A stretch of DNA of 64,000 nucleotides from an uncultured Poribacteria bacterium (GCA_951813565.1 OX638351.1:640001-704000), one strand, 5' to 3'. Shown: positions 51,108-61,037, counted from the stretch's first letter. The notes: generated by a model from the letters alone, not told the origin. A program made the numbers and translations.

Positions 51108-51452
51108 GAGGGGTGTGCATAAATAATTCCGATGTTAAATATGCGCTTAAAGGTAGTCCGCACACGCCGTGGGTTTCCATCCACAAGTTCAAAGAGGCGC
51201 AGCATGCCACACGGGGAATGCCATAAGGCATTCGGACCCGGTGAATGACTAAAGACGAATGCGCTTGGTAGAATACGCTTTTGGTATTCTACATGATTCG
51301 CCATGATTCATACCGTTGATTTCTTGATTTGGCGCATGCTGCGTTGATTTGGCAATAAATTGCGCGACTACAAACGCATTGCTATAAATCAAGCGGCACC
51401 TGGCGTCTGTCCTTGTCTGTGTTGATACGCCAAATATTTATGCACACCCCTC
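51108..51452. mobile_element. MITE, TIR GAGGGGTGTGCATAAATA, 8-bp TSD AATTATTC (IS256/Mutator-like)
   Basis: TSD at 51100-51107 and 51453-51460. Confidence 0.85.
51199..51351 (+). repeat. Five-layer nested hairpin mini-element (153 nt) inside REP GAGGC|GCAATAAATTGCGCGACTAC
   Basis: Near-identical copies at 57928-58088 (reverse) and 60436-60588. Confidence 0.85.
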
Positions 51453-51568
51453 AATTATTCAGTGTGAATCCAAATCCGTAGTTTACTAACCATGGTAGGC
51501 GCGTTTTGTCCACGCGCCGTTAGGTAATACCAATTCTATAAATGAATTTCCCTTCGAATTAGAATATA

Positions 51569-51936
51569 CTATACTTTGGACAATTTTAGCTGTTTTCGTG
51601 AGGTTGGGTTAGAGAAAAACATATAGTTTTCATATTGGACACCTGTCGCCCCGCTGGGGCTGAAGCGGGTTGTTTACCGCGTTTCTATACACCTGTCGCC
51701 CCGCTGGGGCTGCCCAAAAGGTATTTTTGGACGAGTTCTTTCAGCAAGCAAAATCGCAGAAAATATAAATAATATAAGATGACACCTTAGCCCCAGCGGG
51801 GCGACAGGTATATAGAAGAAGGTAATTGCCGCTGTCTAAAGCCCCCGCGGGGCGACAGGTGTCCAATATTTTGCTTTGGACACCTAACAGTTTCTCAGCA
51901 AGTCCTCGAACAATATGTAAATTGTCCAAACTATAG
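51569..51936. mobile_element. MITE, TIR CTATAsTTTGGACAATTT, 9-bp TSD TAGAATATA, nested in a larger IR unit (about 51528-52016)
   Basis: TSD at 51560-51568 and 51937-51945; contains four ACCTGTCGCCCCGCTGGGGC-type hairpins. Confidence 0.85.
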
Positions 51937-52253
51937 TAGAATATAAGAGGTGCAATGAATTGCGCGACTACGAACCAGCTATTTCTTAAAGGGTATGTTA
52001 TTTTATAGAAATGGTATAATCTTTAGCACAGATATAGGCGCGCTTACATGAAGATTAAAAAATGAATTCGGTAATATTGCAGAGAAACTCGGTGCGATTA
52101 GATGAAGTTTAAGAAAATAAACCGGTAATTTGGCGAGGTTAGGAAAACTCGCCAGCAGAGGTGGACACCTGCCTTGTGCGGACGGAAAAATACCGAAAGA
52201 ATAAATTAATCTTCATGAAATCGCACCTACCGGGTTTTAGCTGAATAACTTGA

Positions 52254-52330
52254 AATTTTCGCAAAAAATGGAGAATTTTCGCAAAAAATGGAGAATTTTC
52301 GCAAAAAATGGAGAATTTTCGCAAAAAATG
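52254..52330. repeat. Perfect 20-bp tandem repeat (about 3.8 copies)
   Basis: (AATTTTCGCAAAAAATGGAG)n. Confidence 0.95.
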
Positions 52331-52352
52331 TGTGTTTTTTTGTAATTTTTAC

Positions 52353-52381
52353 TTGACTTATAACGTATATTATTATACAAT
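52353..52381 (+). promoter_or_regulatory. Sigma-70-like promoter
   Basis: TTGACT-N17-TACAAT. Confidence 0.55.
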
Positions 52382-52980
52382 ATGTCATATAATTCATTTT
52401 AAGACATATAAAATGAATTATATTAATAAAAATTAGAAACTTTATTTGATTTAAATTTAGTTTTATGTTAGAATTAATGTCGGTTCAATATGAGACTTCA
52501 AGTGCGGAATAGTGATCCAAACCTGTATACACATATAAAATAGGTGTTGGTAAGTACACACAACATAGACAGACCGATATATTCCACTACGAAGTCCCAT
52601 TCTTATTTATTAATTTTAAGACAATAAAAATTTAATTTGATATTATATAAGTTTTAACTTATAATTAATATATTGGAAGATGCAGATGTTGTTTTCATCT
52701 GCACCGGACAATGTAGGTTTAAATATCTTGTGGATTGAAGCAAAGAAGTCCCATTCGTAAAAGTCAATGTTTCACGCAAGATGCAAGGAAAACAATTGGT
52801 AACCACAATATAGGTTAAATGGATAGATGTGGTGTCAATTGAGATAGGTAAACAGGTAACCCTGTTTTTTACACAATATTAATACACAATATTAATATTT
52901 AGATTGGAAGATTAGATTAACAGGATTTAATTCCCTGAATCTTAACTTGAATTTAATATTTCTAAAAGGAGAAATAAGTA

Positions 52981-55900
52981 ATGCGATTGTCAAATAAATC
53001 GACATTTTCCTTAGCAAGTTTAATTTTGCTGTTGGCACTTGGGGTTGTCTTTGGAACTACCTTTGTGATGGCACATGCTCCAGATGATACTACTGTAGGT
53101 CCACATACTCACCCAGTAACGGAGGCAGTTGCGGAAGACACCAGTGCCACTCCCCCTGTGCTACCAGTTCCCCTACATAATACGCACCCAGTGCCAGTTA
53201 TTACGTTAAGGAGTGGTCAGCCTAATGTCCGAGGCAATATGATAGCGCTTGACGCTACTACTAATACTACTTTTACCTTAATCGTTGATTACGGTACAGA
53301 TGTAACTGATACTGCCACTAATACTGATACTACTGGTGTTGCGGATGACGATCTAAGCATCGCTGATGCTGCTCATGCAACACTGCAAGTTGACAGCACA
53401 GCGGCTACGGATGCAACTTTAGCTATCACGCGTGTCGGTAGCAGTGATTCTATGTTTCGGGTAGTAGTAACTCCCGGACTTTATCCGAATGCCGACACGG
53501 CAGCCACAGCTACGAACGATGACACCTTGATGTTCAGAATACAATTACCAGCGGGAGACTTGTTTAGTCTGCAAACAACAGAGGTTGTAGGAACTGCTGT
53601 TGATCCAGTGACTGTCCCTGGTGGTGAAAGTTTAGCATCAGCTCTTTATACTTTTACGTTGGTTGATGTGTTGCCTCCACCCGAACCTGACACCACAGTT
53701 CCAGTGGTATCTATTGGTACTCCTACTTTTGATGCTGGAAAAGGTCAAGTGACGTTCACAATCACGGTTACTGAAGCGAATCCTGGTACGGATGCTGGCG
53801 ATGGACTTTCACTTTCTGACACCACTTCCGGGGTTACAAATGGAAGTGTTGTAGACTTTGCTGATAATAATGATGGGACTTATACGGTGCTGGTTGTGCC
53901 AACTGACGCTGCTATGCCAGTTTCATTGTCGATTGCTGCCGGGGCAGTAGTAGATGCGTCTGATAATAGTTCTGGTGCTGTTGAAGCTGTGACTTGGACA
54001 CCAACAGGTTACACACCGCCAGTAATTCCAAAAGTGACGTTTACCTCTACAGGTAGTGCGACAATTGGTGAAGCGTTTGCTGTAACGCTCGGTAATGCCG
54101 ATACCACAATGATGCTTGCTGATCTTAATATAGGACTTTCCGATATTACGGTCACCCAAACAGCAACTGATGGTACCGCAAGTGTTCTTGCACGTACTTA
54201 TAATGGTACAACAGGCGTTGTGACATTCACCCCAACTGCAGCGGGGACAGTAAAAGTTGCTGCTACAGTTAACGGACAGACAGATGAATCAGTCGCTATT
54301 ACAGTCGTAATGGCAGCCCGCGTCCCTGTTGCTGTGACTGCTACACCATCAGCAACTGCAGTGAATGGTAGCACCCCTATTGTCGTGACGTTAAGTGCTA
54401 CGGCTCCGGCTATGGTTCCATCAGACTTAGAGGCTGCTGATTTCACCGTCATGGAAGGCAGCATTGCCTTGAATGCTGTAGTGAATGTTGGTGCAGTAAC
54501 TGGTACAGTCAGCTTAACCATTACACCTGCTGGTACTGGAAACACAATTGTTACAGTGGCGCCGTCCACAACAGGTATCGCAAAGGTTCGTTTTGCCCAA
54601 GTATCAATCATGGTTGACCGCACAGCACCTACGATAGAGTTTAGTCTCTTAACAAGAGACGCGAAGGCGGATGTAGCTGTTCAGGTGGGAATCACAGTTT
54701 TCGGTACTGATGACGCACTTGCTGTTGGTGATATTAATGTAGTACAAACTGTCAATGGAAGTTTCGAGTCTCTTGAACATACTTATATTGCTGCTCCAAG
54801 CGTGGTAACGTTTACACCAAATGCTATGTCCACGGTTGTTGTTAGCGTTGACGCAGATGCCGTAATGGATGCCGTTGGAAATGGGAACGCTGCGGCAAAT
54901 TCAGGTGATATTGCTGTCGCCGCCGCAGACCTTGTTGATTCCACAGCGCCCACAGCGACTATTATAGGCGGACAACGTACAGAGCGTGCATTTGAAGTAA
55001 CCATCACCTTTAACGAAGCACTAAAAGCGGGTGAAACCCTGACCGCTGATGAAATCACGGTTACAAATGGCTCCATTGCTAATGTCGCTGAACATACAAC
55101 GAGATCAAACGCCTTCACAGGTACGGTTACACCAGACCACGGTGTTAGAAGTGTAACAATTCAGGTCAACGCAGGTGCAGTGAAAGACGCATCTGATAAT
55201 GCAAATGCTGCAACGCCTGCAACGGCTCATGCTATCACGGTGAGAAGCACCTCCGTACCATTTGATCCACCACCTAGCGCAGCGAGTAAGCTGGAAGGGC
55301 TTGTTATTCCCGGGAAGAGTTTTGTGCTTTTGACGCGTGCGAATTCCGAGGGATTGCCAGCGGTATTGCCTTCAAACGCTTCTATGGTCGTGTGGGCTGA
55401 TATGCCGGATATTGAAGCGTTATTCTATAGTGGTGGTTCTATAAACATAACTGTTTCGGGCGTTGGGAACCGAAGTGTTCTCTTCACTGAATTTATGTGG
55501 GCAAGGAACCTTGCTAAAATTGGTCAAACTGGTGAATTAGCGCATCAATGGATTGAAATTTACAACAATAACGATGATCCTGTAACCGCAACAGTGGAGA
55601 CCAAAGCTGGCCGTCCAGCACTTGCGCATGGCACTGATCGTGTCAGTAACGTTGTAGGTGCTGGTTGGAAACTTGAAGATTTAGGTCAGAACGGTTCTGA
55701 TGATGGTGAAGGTGGCAGTGCCGAGGTCGATTTCGTTTCTATGTATAAAGTAGATAAAAGCGCAGGCGACAAAGATGGTTCTATCAAAGGCCATTGGGGA
55801 GTCTCCAGCGAAGTCTATTTTGCCCTTCATAAAGGCACACCAGGGAAATTTGAACGTAGTGGTGTTGGTACTATCGGTGCAACGTCCTTTAATGTTGGCC

Positions 55901-57672
55901 CAATCATCTTCAACGAGATTGCGAATAGAAATAATAGTGATAAAGCTTACGAATGGATTGAACTTCGCAACAAATCTGGTGGCGAAGTAAATCTCAAAAA
56001 CTGGCAAATTAGTATCGTGACGGCTGTCGGTCAAGATAACGTGTTCTATGACTTCCCGGATGCGGACCGTAAAGTTCCCGCAGGTGGTCTGCTCTTGTTG
56101 GTTGATACCGATCCAGCGAACGATCCGAACCACCCGTTGCAAACTGGATGGAACATTACAAAGAATGCCGCGAACCAAGTCAACGGTGTCGGTGCACATT
56201 CACCACGCTACATGGTTGCAGACTTCAAAGATGATGGCCTGCCAGACGATGGTAAATTCGTGTTGATTCTGCGGAACCGTAAAGACAAACGTGGTATAGC
56301 AGAACACTTGATTGACATCGCTGGTTATGATGACGATTTGAAGGTTTCAGCTGAAGATGCTGGTTTCACAAACCTCTGGCCCCTTAAAGGTGGTGTCCGT
56401 GATGCCCAACTTAGCAATAACAAGTTGGAAGTGAATCAAGTTCACCGTCGCCAGAAGGATAGTATCTGGGGAACAAGTTCTACCAACTACGGTAGAAACG
56501 GTGGAAACCATGGTGATGATACCGCATGGCGCGGTGTTGGTTGGACAAGTGTCGGCTACAAACGGAATGCTGCGCGGAATAGCGCACACGGTGGGACACC
56601 TGGATTCCCGAATGGCGCGATTAAAAGCGATGGTGGCGATGCGATAGCAGCACTTGTTATCAGTGAAATTATGCTCGATACCAGTCGGAACTTACCACAG
56701 TGGGTCGAAATTCAGAATCTCTCCAGTAGTATTGGGGTTAATTTGAATAACGCTTCACTCTTTATCGTCAACCATCACTTGAAAGCTGATGGCACCGACT
56801 ATACTGAAGGTAAATTGTCCGAACGAATCAACATTGATAACATGGAGATTCCACCGAACCAAACGGCGTTGGTTGTTTCAACTGGTGCTCGCAGCTACAC
56901 CAACCTTCCGAATGAACGTGTTTGGAATCTACGTAGAGGTCGTGGTGAAACACTGCTGAACCCGAACGGTTTCCAGATTACACTCAAGTTAAAAACTAAT
57001 GAAGGTGATGCTAATAAGCACCAGACTGCTGATGTTGTTGGTAACCTTCCCGATGCACCAGCAGGCAGTCGTCCTGATGAACAGTCCTACTTGGATGCAC
57101 TCTGGGATTGGCCGGCTGGAACGGATGCAAACGGTAACCGCGTTTCTGTCGCACGGAAAACTTCTACCAAGATTATGACGCTTGATGGAAGAAGTGCTGG
57201 GCATTGGTTATCTTCTATGGATGATCCACGGTTGAGTTTGATCCGTGAACAAACGTATTATGGACATTCTAACGATGTCTCTTCACCGGGACAAACCATT
57301 GGTGCAGCGTTGCCAGTCAACTTGTCATCCTTCCGTCCAACACTGGAAGACGGCAAAGTCGTTATCCACTGGACAACCGAATCCGAACTTGACAACGCTG
57401 GATTTAATATCCTTCGTAGTGAAACTCGGAACGGTGAATACAAGCAGGTCAATTCTGAACTGATTGCTGGACATGGCACTACAGGTGAACGCCACACTTA
57501 CAAGTGGGTTGACCAAACCGCCAAGCCTGGTGTCGTTTACTACTACCAAATTGAAGACGTATCTTTCGCCGGTGAGCATCAAGTGCTTGCTGTAACCAAA
57601 TTGAAAGGTTTGATCTCGGCGAAAGACAAACTTACAACGACGTGGAGTGAGCTAAAACAAGCTTCACAATAG
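52981..57672 (+). CDS. 1563-aa secreted/surface protein: T/A/V-rich Ig-like repeats, three lamin-tail-like domains, C-terminal KLTTTW motif
   Basis: Signal peptide; FTEFMW..QWIEIYN, FNEIAN..EWIELRN, ISEIM..QWVEIQN; LPVNLSSF..WTTESELDNAGFNI; ISAKDKLTTTWSELK. Confidence 0.85.
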   Translation: MRLSNKSTFSLASLILLLALGVVFGTTFVMAHAPDDTTVGPHTHPVTEAVAEDTSATPPVLPVPLHNTHPVPVITLRSGQPNVRGNMIALDATTNTTFTLIVDYGTDVTDTATNTDTTGVADDDLSIADAAHATLQVDSTAATDATLAITRVGSSDSMFRVVVTPGLYPNADTAATATNDDTLMFRIQLPAGDLFSLQTTEVVGTAVDPVTVPGGESLASALYTFTLVDVLPPPEPDTTVPVVSIGTPTFDAGKGQVTFTITVTEANPGTDAGDGLSLSDTTSGVTNGSVVDFADNNDGTYTVLVVPTDAAMPVSLSIAAGAVVDASDNSSGAVEAVTWTPTGYTPPVIPKVTFTSTGSATIGEAFAVTLGNADTTMMLADLNIGLSDITVTQTATDGTASVLARTYNGTTGVVTFTPTAAGTVKVAATVNGQTDESVAITVVMAARVPVAVTATPSATAVNGSTPIVVTLSATAPAMVPSDLEAADFTVMEGSIALNAVVNVGAVTGTVSLTITPAGTGNTIVTVAPSTTGIAKVRFAQVSIMVDRTAPTIEFSLLTRDAKADVAVQVGITVFGTDDALAVGDINVVQTVNGSFESLEHTYIAAPSVVTFTPNAMSTVVVSVDADAVMDAVGNGNAAANSGDIAVAAADLVDSTAPTATIIGGQRTERAFEVTITFNEALKAGETLTADEITVTNGSIANVAEHTTRSNAFTGTVTPDHGVRSVTIQVNAGAVKDASDNANAATPATAHAITVRSTSVPFDPPPSAASKLEGLVIPGKSFVLLTRANSEGLPAVLPSNASMVVWADMPDIEALFYSGGSINITVSGVGNRSVLFTEFMWARNLAKIGQTGELAHQWIEIYNNNDDPVTATVETKAGRPALAHGTDRVSNVVGAGWKLEDLGQNGSDDGEGGSAEVDFVSMYKVDKSAGDKDGSIKGHWGVSSEVYFALHKGTPGKFERSGVGTIGATSFNVGPIIFNEIANRNNSDKAYEWIELRNKSGGEVNLKNWQISIVTAVGQDNVFYDFPDADRKVPAGGLLLLVDTDPANDPNHPLQTGWNITKNAANQVNGVGAHSPRYMVADFKDDGLPDDGKFVLILRNRKDKRGIAEHLIDIAGYDDDLKVSAEDAGFTNLWPLKGGVRDAQLSNNKLEVNQVHRRQKDSIWGTSSTNYGRNGGNHGDDTAWRGVGWTSVGYKRNAARNSAHGGTPGFPNGAIKSDGGDAIAALVISEIMLDTSRNLPQWVEIQNLSSSIGVNLNNASLFIVNHHLKADGTDYTEGKLSERINIDNMEIPPNQTALVVSTGARSYTNLPNERVWNLRRGRGETLLNPNGFQITLKLKTNEGDANKHQTADVVGNLPDAPAGSRPDEQSYLDALWDWPAGTDANGNRVSVARKTSTKIMTLDGRSAGHWLSSMDDPRLSLIREQTYYGHSNDVSSPGQTIGAALPVNLSSFRPTLEDGKVVIHWTTESELDNAGFNILRSETRNGEYKQVNSELIAGHGTTGERHTYKWVDQTAKPGVVYYYQIEDVSFAGEHQVLAVTKLKGLISAKDKLTTTWSELKQASQ

Positions 57673-57847
57673 GGTTAAATTCAGGGATATTTAACCATTT
57701 TCTCCTCACAATAAGGAATCTGCAGAATCCTTATTGAAGGAAAATCTTTCTAAAAAACTATTCCCATTTAGGAGGCTGTTGCAATATTCCGGTGCGGCAG
57801 TTTCCTAACGGAATAGTAAACTAACTAACCTATCCAACTAACCTATC

Positions 57848-57890
57848 TCAAACAGGGAACTTGCGCCCGCAAGTTCCCTGTTTGAACTTT
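57848..57890 (+). terminator. Intrinsic terminator
   Basis: TCAAACAGGGAACTTGC-GCCC-GCAAGTTCCCTGTTTGA then ACTTTT. Confidence 0.75.
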
Positions 57891-57927
57891 TAACGACAAA
57901 AAACCGCGTCTAATCGCAATTCATTGC

Positions 57928-58088
57928 CAAATCAACGCAGCATGCGCCAAATCAAGAAATCAAGAAATCAACGGTATGAATCATGGCGAATCATGTAGAA
58001 TACCAAAAGCGTATTCTACCAAGCGCATTCGTCTTTAGTCATTCACCGGGTCCGAATGCCTTATGGCATTCCCCGTGTGGCATGCTGC
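57928..58088 (-). repeat. Nested hairpin mini-element (161 nt, extra 8-nt slip) inside REP CGCAATTCATTGC|GCCTC
   Basis: Reverse complement of 51199-51351 plus one extra AAGAAATC. Confidence 0.85.
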
Positions 58089-58238
58089 GCCTCTTATATT
58101 TTCTAATTGAATGTAGGGCGGGGTCTCTGTGCCCCGCCACTGCTGATGTATCTAAACGTGGCATGCTGCGCCTCTTATATTTTCTAATTGAATGTAGGGC
58201 GGGGTCTCTGTGCCCCGCCACTGCTGATGTACCTAAAC
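58077..58238. repeat. 81-bp tandem duplication including a GTAG REP
   Basis: GTGGCATGCTGCGCCTC...GATGTAyCTAAAC present twice. Confidence 0.9.
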
Positions 58239-58438
58239 AACGGGCGGACACAGAGACCCTCCCCTACAATAAGGGTGAGGTTTGTAGGTTGTATTTAATA
58301 GCGTCCAACCTGAAATAAATCCTTAAATTGACGCCTATGGTAGAGCTTGCGAAACCCGACGGACGATATAAGCTTTCCGTAACACGCATTAACTAATAAT
58401 TCTTAAAACTAAATAGCTCTGCTCAAAAACAGAAAAAC

Positions 58439-58467
58439 TTGACAATTCTGTAAAAACCCTTTAAAAT
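58439..58467 (+). promoter_or_regulatory. Sigma-70 promoter of ggt
   Basis: TTGACA-N17-TAAAAT. Confidence 0.7.
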
Positions 58468-58501
58468 TCTAACTATTAGTCTTCAGCGAAAGGAAAACGC
58501 T

Positions 58502-60103
58502 GTGAATTTACACAAAAGAGACTACGGGACAGTTGTTGGCCCACACCCCCGTACTGCACAGGCAGGTTTTGATATGCTCCTCACAGGAGGGAATGCCGTG
58601 GATGCCGCTGTTGCCGCTGCCTTTGCAGAAGGAGTCGTGGAACCCTCACAAAATGGAATCGCGGGCTACGGCGGTTGTGTGCTAATCTATCGAAAGAAAA
58701 CACAAGATGTCGTAGCGATAGATTACAATTCTGCTGCACCAGCAGCTGCATCAGAAGATATGTTTACAATTGAGGAAGCTCCAGATACGCCTGCAGGATA
58801 CCGTGTTCCTGGACGCGTTAACGTTCACGGACCGCTATCTATTGGTGTGCCAGGGGTTGTTGCGGGATTATGTTTAGCGTTGGAGGAGTATGGTAGTCTT
58901 CCGCTCGTGGATGTGCTACGTCCGGCTATTAATTCTGCACGTTATGGTTATGCCCCTAATGCCTCAAACTGTGGTGGAATCGCCGGAAATGCAGAAAGGT
59001 GGAAAAGAGAGTTTCCAGAAACGGCACGGGTTTTCCTCAAAGATGGACGACCACCAAAAAAGGGGGAAGTGCTTACCAACCCTGATCTTGCACGCACTCT
59101 GGAGGCTGTTTCAGAAGGTGGGCGCACAGCTTTTTACGAAGGGAAAATAGCAGAAACAATCGCGAACCACATTCAGGAATTAGGTGGATGTTTAACCGTT
59201 GATGATCTAAAAAATTACCGTGCCTTCATTACAAAACCTTATGAAATTCAGTATCGCGGCTATTCGGTCTATACTGCACCTCTCGGAGCAGGCGGACTAA
59301 CCACTTTACAGATGCTCCGTTTGGTTGAGGGATTTGATGTAACGTCTATGTCTCTTACCGAGAGATTCCATCTTTTTGCTGAAGCGATGAAGGTTTGCTG
59401 GCCCGAAAGGCTCCGGCGATTTGGAGATCCGAATTTTGTTGCTATAGATATAGCAGAAGAACTGTCGGATAGTTTCACAGCAACACTCAGCAAAAAGTTG
59501 AAGGCAGGACTTGAATCGCCCCAACGGGGTGAGGTAGTCTATCACGAACCGATGAATTGCACAAGTCATATTTCCACTGCTGATGCGGAGGGAAATATGG
59601 TATCATTGACACAGACACACGGTGGCGGATTCGGTTCAATGGTAACGGTGCCTGACACTGGACTACTTTTTGGACACGGTGTTGGTCGTTTCGATCCGAG
59701 ACCGGGGCTTGCAAACTCTGTCGGTCCGGGTAAACGTCCGTTGCATAATATGGGTCCATGCCTTGCCACGCGAGACGGCATGCCTTTCTCGACCTACGGT
59801 ATCCCTGGCGGTCGTACTATCCCAAACAATCAATTAAATATCAGCGTTAGCCTTATTGATTTGCAAGTGTCCGCGCAAGCAGCGTTGGGTGCGCCACGAT
59901 TTCACAGCGATGGTGCTGAACCGATCCAAATCGAATCACGCGCAGGTGAAGAAACACTTGCTGGGTTGCGAGAACTTGGACATGAAATCACTGCAAGTGG
60001 TGGTATCGGCGGCCCGGGACATGCTATTCGCCTATCAAACGATGGAACTTGCCACGATGGCGGCACGGATCCACGTGGAGAAGGTAAAGTCATAGGACGT
60101 TGA
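58502..60103 (+). CDS. ggt: Gamma-glutamyltransferase family protein
   Basis: GGNAVDAAVAAA, GIAGYGG, catalytic Thr in NC-TSHIST, PGKRP, DPRG. Confidence 0.93.
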   Translation: MNLHKRDYGTVVGPHPRTAQAGFDMLLTGGNAVDAAVAAAFAEGVVEPSQNGIAGYGGCVLIYRKKTQDVVAIDYNSAAPAAASEDMFTIEEAPDTPAGYRVPGRVNVHGPLSIGVPGVVAGLCLALEEYGSLPLVDVLRPAINSARYGYAPNASNCGGIAGNAERWKREFPETARVFLKDGRPPKKGEVLTNPDLARTLEAVSEGGRTAFYEGKIAETIANHIQELGGCLTVDDLKNYRAFITKPYEIQYRGYSVYTAPLGAGGLTTLQMLRLVEGFDVTSMSLTERFHLFAEAMKVCWPERLRRFGDPNFVAIDIAEELSDSFTATLSKKLKAGLESPQRGEVVYHEPMNCTSHISTADAEGNMVSLTQTHGGGFGSMVTVPDTGLLFGHGVGRFDPRPGLANSVGPGKRPLHNMGPCLATRDGMPFSTYGIPGGRTIPNNQLNISVSLIDLQVSAQAALGAPRFHSDGAEPIQIESRAGEETLAGLRELGHEITASGGIGGPGHAIRLSNDGTCHDGGTDPRGEGKVIGR

Positions 60104-60350
60104 TATTTCCATTCAATGGGTACACGTCCATAGAATGGTAAAAGGGATCGGGAATCTCGATTCATAATCTATGGTGAGGTATAAAAAAGTAGGCACTCGC
60201 TGTAGGCGCGATTTGTAAACGTGCTGATCACAGCGTATAGTTAATTGTAAATCTAACGTGTTGTGCTAAATACTTATTTGTAAAATATTGTTTCACAATT
60301 ACATGACGTTTTGTTAGTTTTTATCATTAGTTGATTCCTTCTTCAGTCCC

Positions 60351-60384
60351 GACAAATGCCATAAGCACATTTGACGTTGATTTG
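60351..60384 (+). repeat. Single 34-nt hairpin-GTTGATTTG mini-element inside GTCCC|GTAGGGAC
   Basis: GACAAATGCCATAAGCACATTTGAC-GTTGATTTG. Confidence 0.8.
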
Positions 60385-60435
60385 GTAGGGACGATATGTT
60401 TATAGAAAAACGTTGAACACCCTATCTTTAGCCCC

Positions 60436-60588
60436 GCCAAATGCCATACGGGGAATGCCAAAAGGCATTCATACCCGGTGAATGACTAAAGACGAATGCG
60501 CTTGGTAGAATACGCTTTTGGTATTCTACATGATTCGCCATGATTCATACCGTTGATTTCTTGATTTGGCGCATTTGGCGTTGATTTG
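60436..60588 (+). repeat. Five-layer nested mini-element (153 nt) inside GCCCC|GTAGGGAC
   Basis: Inner layers match 51199-51351; outer layer is the GCCAAATGC variant. Confidence 0.85.
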
Positions 60589-60701
60589 GTAGGGACGATA
60601 TGTGTATAACATGAGTTCAATATGTGTGAAAAGAATACAAACAAATAGTTAACTAACACAAGTCGTAAATCTACTATAATTCTTTTGGAGTTTTAACAGA
60701 T

Positions 60702-61037
60702 ATGTCACAATTTGTAAAAGCCGCGACAACCGAACAGATACGTCCAGGTACCTGCATCGGTGTTAAGGTTGAAGGTGTTTTTATCGGTATCTATAATGTT
60801 GAGGGTGAATATTACGCCATGAACAATATCTGTCCACATCTCGGTGGGGTTTTGACTTACGGGTTTTTAGACAAGGAATGTGTTACTTGCCCGATGCACA
60901 TGTGGGAGTTTGATGTCAAGACCGGCAAATGTGTTTGGCCAGGCGAAGAGAGTATTCCTATCTATCCCGTCAAAGTCGAAGGGGAGGATATCCTTGTAAA
61001 TGTAGATGAACCGATGAATATGGATAAACCGCAATAA
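60702..61037 (+). CDS. Rieske [2Fe-2S] ferredoxin
   Basis: CPH...CPMH motifs. Confidence 0.93.
   Translation: MSQFVKAATTEQIRPGTCIGVKVEGVFIGIYNVEGEYYAMNNICPHLGGVLTYGFLDKECVTCPMHMWEFDVKTGKCVWPGEESIPIYPVKVEGEDILVNVDEPMNMDKPQ

Noticed and set aside
51005..51304. ORF MANHVEYQKR (also 57983-58318) appearing as a repeated gene
   Set aside because: It is a translation of the nested palindromic repeat; similarity ends at the repeat boundary
52254..52330. Possible CRISPR array
   Set aside because: Repeats are contiguous with no spacers, and there are no cas genes in the window
46437..52330. Prophage or integrated plasmid
   Set aside because: No integrase, structural genes or att-like repeats seen
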